Assembly (NCBI GenBank): GCA_018651725.1
Contig: JABIDK010000005.1
Location: forward strand, 64,064-128,063
Length of the DNA: 64,000 nucleotides
Source of the DNA: Candidatus Falkowbacteria bacterium
Lineage (GTDB): Bacteria; Patescibacteriota; Patescibacteriia; JAACEG01
Reading direction: 5' to 3'
Shown here: positions 60,164-64,000 of the stretch, in pieces
Layout: every line of letters starts with the position of its first letter
Position numbering within the stretch: position 1 is the stretch's first letter
Program-made: the position numbers and the translations under genes
Notes under the pieces: model-generated
The model's input: the letters and a program-made list of their open reading frames with translations, nothing else
What the model was told of the DNA's origin: nothing
Databases searched by the model: none

Positions 60164-60877
60164 ATGTGGAACGATAAAAAAATATTTATTTGTATTCCGA
60201 CTTATAATGAGGCGGAGAATATTGAAAATTTAATTAAAGAGATTTTTGGTTTGGGAATAGAAAATTTGAAAGTTATTGTTATTGACGACAACTCTCCGGA
60301 CAAGACAGGTGAGATTGCGGATAAATTGGCTGAGAACTACTCTATTAAAGTTATTCACAGAAAAGGAAAGCTTGGTTTGGGCAGCGCTTATATCGCTGGA
60401 TTTAAATACGCTCTTAAAAATCAAGCTGACTTGATTTTTGAAATGGACGCGGATTTTTCTCATAATCCAAAAGATATTCCAAGGTTTTTAGAGGAAATAA
60501 AAAATGGGAATGAAGTAGTTTTAGGTTCTCGAAAAATAGAGCAAGGTGAAATTAAAGACTGGAATCTTTGGCGACATTTTTGCTCAAACGGCGCAATGTT
60601 ATTTTCCAGAATTTTACTTAGGCTTAAGACTAAAGATGTAACAACCGGATTCAGGTGTTATAAACGAGAAGCTTTGGAGAGTTTAAATTTAGACAATATC
60701 AAAAGCAATGGCTATGCTTTTCAGGAAGAGATGATATATTTATGCGAAAAAAAAGATTTTAAAATTAAAGAAATCCCAATAACTTTTATAGACAGAAAAT
60801 ACGGTAAATCAAAGTTAGCTTTTAAAGATATTATTGAGTTTTTTATTAAGATTGTGAGGTTAAAGATAAGCCGTTAA
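60164..60877 (+). CDS. Polyprenol-phosphate mannose synthase-like GT2
   Basis: IPTYNE, DDNSPD, MDADFSH and SNGYAFQ motifs. Confidence 0.92.
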   Translation: MWNDKKIFICIPTYNEAENIENLIKEIFGLGIENLKVIVIDDNSPDKTGEIADKLAENYSIKVIHRKGKLGLGSAYIAGFKYALKNQADLIFEMDADFSHNPKDIPRFLEEIKNGNEVVLGSRKIEQGEIKDWNLWRHFCSNGAMLFSRILLRLKTKDVTTGFRCYKREALESLNLDNIKSNGYAFQEEMIYLCEKKDFKIKEIPITFIDRKYGKSKLAFKDIIEFFIKIVRLKISR

Positions 60878-60887
60878 TTTTTTTTAG

Positions 60888-61706
60888 ATGCTTTTGCAAG
60901 AAACAAAAAATTTACTAAAGAAATATAATTTTCAACCAATTCATGGCAGAGGGCAAAATTTTTTGATTGATGAAAAAGTTTTGGAAGAGATAGTTGATTC
61001 AGCTAATTTAAAATCAAGTGATGTGGTGCTGGAAGTGGGGCCGGGAATGGGAGTTTTAACCAAAGAGTTGGCGAAAAGAGTAAAAAAAGTAATCGCCGTA
61101 GAGTTGGATAAAAATTTAGTAAAAGTTTTAAAGCAAGAGTTAAAAGACTATAAAAATATAGAGATTATAAGCGATAATATACTTAAAATTGACTCTACCA
61201 GCTACCAGCTACCAATTAGCAGCTATAAAATTGTTGCCAATCTTCCATATAATATAACATCTAAATTTATTAGAACTTTTTTGGAAATAGAAAATCAACC
61301 AATTGAGATGATTTTAATGGTCCAAAAAGAAGTAGCCGAAAGAATTACAGCTAAGCCCGGACAGATGAGTATTTTAGGCGTTGCTTGCCAATTTTATGCT
61401 GATTGCAAGATTGAATTTTTAGTTAAAAAAACAAGTTTTTTGCCAATTCCAAAAGTGGATAGCGCTACGATTAGTCTTAAAGTCAAAAGTCAAAAGTCAA
61501 AAGTCAACGATAACGAATTGTTTTTTAAAGTTGTCAAAACTGGATTTTCAAGTAAAAGAAAAAAATTAAAAAGCAATTTATCTAAAGGACTGGATATTAA
61601 AAAAGAAAAAATACAAGAGATTTTTGATAAATTAGAGTTAAAAGAAAATACAAGAGCCCAGGAGTTGTTGGTTGAAGAGTGGGTGAAGTTAGTTAATTTG
61701 TTATGA
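60888..61706 (+). CDS. rsmA: 16S rRNA m6,2A dimethyltransferase RsmA/KsgA
   Basis: GQNFL, EVGPGMG, ANLPYNITS and PKVDS motifs. Confidence 0.96.
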   Translation: MLLQETKNLLKKYNFQPIHGRGQNFLIDEKVLEEIVDSANLKSSDVVLEVGPGMGVLTKELAKRVKKVIAVELDKNLVKVLKQELKDYKNIEIISDNILKIDSTSYQLPISSYKIVANLPYNITSKFIRTFLEIENQPIEMILMVQKEVAERITAKPGQMSILGVACQFYADCKIEFLVKKTSFLPIPKVDSATISLKVKSQKSKVNDNELFFKVVKTGFSSKRKKLKSNLSKGLDIKKEKIQEIFDKLELKENTRAQELLVEEWVKLVNLL

Positions 61707-61793
61707 TTTGGTGCTTTTTTATTTTTTTGATATAATAAACTTAGTCAAAAGTCTGTAAAGTCCATAAAGTCGAAAGTTAATAAGATATTTTTT

Positions 61794-62423
61794 ATGAACG
61801 AGCAATTGCCTAAAAAAACAAAAACCATTGAAATATTTTTGATAGTCTTGGGTATTGGGGCTTTGATTTTGGGTTTTTTGCGTTTGAATAATACAATAGT
61901 CGGGACCGTTAAAAATAATCAAAGTAATTCCACTGATACTTTAAATGAACAAGAACAGGATTTAAAAAAATTGATTGAACTTCAAAATAAAGACACGGAT
62001 CAAGACGGTCTTAGTGACTACGACGAATTAAATGTTTATCATACCAGCGTTTATATTGCTGACTCTGACTCAGATGGATTTTCCGACAAGGAAGAAATTG
62101 ACGCCGGAGAAAATCCGCATTGTCCGCGCGGACAGGACTGCTCTTTACCGGATGAGCCTGAAATAGAAGATGAAAAACCCTCAACTGCTTTTGATGATAT
62201 GGAAGTTATTGATGAGCAATTTAAAAATATCGGTTTAGATCCTAAAACAGGACAACCAATAAATCAACAAACAGACAAGCAGCAAAGATTAATGTCCGGC
62301 AACGCCACACTTAGCGAGGTTAAAGAGATGCTTTTAGAGTCCGGAATGACTCAACAAGATTTGGAGAAAATACCGGATAGTGATATAATGAAAATGTATG
62401 TAGAAATGGTAAATGGAAGTTGA
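61794..62423 (+). CDS. Membrane protein with DxDxDG repeats
   Basis: TM helix followed by DTDQDGLSD and DSDSDGFSD repeats. Confidence 0.8.
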   Translation: MNEQLPKKTKTIEIFLIVLGIGALILGFLRLNNTIVGTVKNNQSNSTDTLNEQEQDLKKLIELQNKDTDQDGLSDYDELNVYHTSVYIADSDSDGFSDKEEIDAGENPHCPRGQDCSLPDEPEIEDEKPSTAFDDMEVIDEQFKNIGLDPKTGQPINQQTDKQQRLMSGNATLSEVKEMLLESGMTQQDLEKIPDSDIMKMYVEMVNGS

Positions 62424-62447
62424 AAGTTAAAAGTTAAAAGCACTACT

Positions 62448-62768
62448 ATGGTAACAAAAAAACAAAAAGACATAAATAAGATTACTGAAAAGATTGTTAA
62501 AAAGTATAAACCGGAAAAAATTATTCTTTTTGGTTCTTACGCTTGGGGAACACCGGGTCCTGACAGTGATGTTGATTTGTTTGTTGTTAAAAACACTAAA
62601 AATGCAAGAAAAACAGCGCGAAATATTGACGGTGATATTTTTCCGCGCCTTTTTCCAATTGATTTAATTGTTTCTACCCCTAAACAAATAGAAAGCGGAA
62701 TAGAAAAAGATAATTTTTTTATTAAAAAAGTTATGACAATGGGGAAGATTTTGTATGCTAAAAAATAA
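62448..62768 (+). CDS. Minimal nucleotidyltransferase (MNT)
   Basis: LFGSYAWG...DSDVDL motif. Confidence 0.9.
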   Translation: MVTKKQKDINKITEKIVKKYKPEKIILFGSYAWGTPGPDSDVDLFVVKNTKNARKTARNIDGDIFPRLFPIDLIVSTPKQIESGIEKDNFFIKKVMTMGKILYAKK

Positions 62769-63156
62769 CAAAATCAATCAAAATGTTATTGAATGGCTCA
62801 ATAAAGCCCAGGAAGACGAATCTTCGGTAGAGGCAATTATCAAAGAAAAAGCAGCCCCCGGAGTCGCCTGTTTCTTGTCGCAACAAATGGCGGAAAAGTT
62901 TTTAAAGGCATTGTTGGTTTTTTATAAAATAGATATCCCAAAAATTCATGATCTGATAAGGCTGGAAAGTATATTGTTTGATGTTGTTCCTGATATTAAG
63001 AAAATGCACAATAATATAAAAATTCTTAATCGTTATTATATTGAAACTCGCTATCCGGGAGATTGGCCGGAAGGATTTTCCTGGGACGACGCAAAAGAGG
63101 CATTAGAATCAGCTGTACAAATCAAAGAATTTGTTTTTGACGAAGTAGGAATATAA
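62755..63156 (+). CDS. HEPN-domain protein (MNT-HEPN pair)
   Basis: CFLSQQMAEKFLKA, KIHDL and TRYP motifs; overlaps the MNT gene. Confidence 0.9.
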   Translation: MLKNNKINQNVIEWLNKAQEDESSVEAIIKEKAAPGVACFLSQQMAEKFLKALLVFYKIDIPKIHDLIRLESILFDVVPDIKKMHNNIKILNRYYIETRYPGDWPEGFSWDDAKEALESAVQIKEFVFDEVGI

Positions 63157-63170
63157 TAAAGTTTTAAATT

Positions 63171-64000
63171 ATGTTCAATTTAAACAACAAAAAACGTTTT
63201 ATAAGCGGAATTGTTTTATTTTTGCTGATTTTTAATTTGGTCGGGGTTGGTTTTCCGAAAAAAGCAGAGGCAGGCCTTGCTAGTGAGGCAACACAAGTTA
63301 TGCAGGCCAGGATAGATGCTGTTAGGGGGGTTTTCGATAAAGTTTGGCAAGCATGGGAAAAAGCTGAAGCTAAATTGATAAAAAATCAAAAGCATTGGGC
63401 GGCTGTAGCGTTTAAAGCCACTTTGCATCAGTTTTTAAAGTCTTTGGCGGTTGATACAGCCACTTGGGTTGCAACCGGAGACAAAGGGCAAAAACCAATG
63501 TTTATTACTCAAGGCTGGGGAGCTTATTTAGAGGACGCAGCTGATCAAGCCGCTGGAACTTTTATAATGACCGCGGCTGATAGCTGGGATAGTCAGGATC
63601 ATTATGATCAAGATCTTTATAGTGAATGTTTAGATGGAATAGACCACGAATCGTTAAAAGATAGGTGTCTTGGAGGAGAAGGAGTGATGGAAGAATGTTA
63701 TGATCAGCTTGTGCAAGAAGAAATTGATAATTGTCAAGAAGGCTTAGATTTAAGCAGTAATCCTACTGTCGGAAATGCCGGACGAAATTACAGTAAAGGT
63801 ACTGTGGGTAGTATAGTTAATTTTTTATGCGAACCCGACGTAAGAGTTAAGTTAAGAATTGCCGGTGGACTGGCCAGTATAGAGCGTCCTAGAACACCAA
63901 AATGTACAATGAGTGAGGCGCGTAAAAATTGGGATGAATTTGTAAATGACCCTAACTTTTTACAGAATTTTCAAACTTATTGGGATCCATGGGAGAATGA
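63171..64000 (+). CDS. Large secreted CPR-type hypothetical protein (3'-truncated by window edge; not in ORF track)
   Basis: MFNLNNKKRFISGIVLFLLIFNLVGVGFPKKAEA signal peptide; ATWVATGDKGQKPMFITQGWGAYLEDAADQAAG; the frame appears open to the end of the window. Confidence 0.7.
   Translation, partial: MFNLNNKKRFISGIVLFLLIFNLVGVGFPKKAEAGLASEATQVMQARIDAVRGVFDKVWQAWEKAEAKLIKNQKHWAAVAFKATLHQFLKSLAVDTATWVATGDKGQKPMFITQGWGAYLEDAADQAAGTFIMTAADSWDSQDHYDQDLYSECLDGIDHESLKDRCLGGEGVMEECYDQLVQEEIDNCQEGLDLSSNPTVGNAGRNYSKGTVGSIVNFLCEPDVRVKLRIAGGLASIERPRTPKCTMSEARKNWDEFVNDPNFLQNFQTYWDPWEN

Overview
This is a low-GC bacterial chromosomal window (genetic code 11). It most likely comes from a Patescibacteria/CPR (Parcubacteria-like) anaerobe, inferred from SD-less core genes, CPR-type secreted protein families, a class III RNR, superoxide reductase and rubrerythrin. 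Positions 1-~15.95 kb are the distal end of an integron-like gene-cassette array with seven attC-like sites (RYYYAAC...GTTRRRY) and no integrase inside the window. The main discovery is the architecture of these cassettes. Each cassette's 5' and 3' non-coding flanks are cassette-specific, nested, long-range inverted repeats that extend the R-box helix outward and close around the gene payload, which can be up to ~5 kb. Four cassettes share a covarying hairpin with a near-invariant 21-nt loop. One gene sits inside an attC arm, bracketed by a 31-bp perfect inverted repeat running from its ATG to its stop, and one cassette is empty. A.C mismatches and GNA-triloop motifs indicate that the bottom strand folds as ssDNA. 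Together this suggests dumbbell-shaped ssDNA scaffolds into whose loops genes are inserted, a possible clue to how cassettes are made. Payloads include a DKNYY protein, speD plus a methyltransferase, an ABC transporter operon, an MTase/DUF262-HNH/RloC-like defence unit and an LRR protein. The rest is core genome: manC, mscS, dnaE, SOR/rubrerythrin, tRNA-Gly, pheA-tyrA-aminotransferase preceded by an unannotated Phe/Tyr/Trp-rich attenuator leader, rpmB, CIRCE-groESL, pgi/pmi, ybeY, dgkA, a giant Cys-rich C1A peptidase, ftsAZ, nrdR-nrdD-nrdG with NrdR and DnaA boxes, prfB, a glycan cluster, rsmA and MNT-HEPN. Two copies of a MITE-like element are also present. All calls were made by eye and no searches were run.
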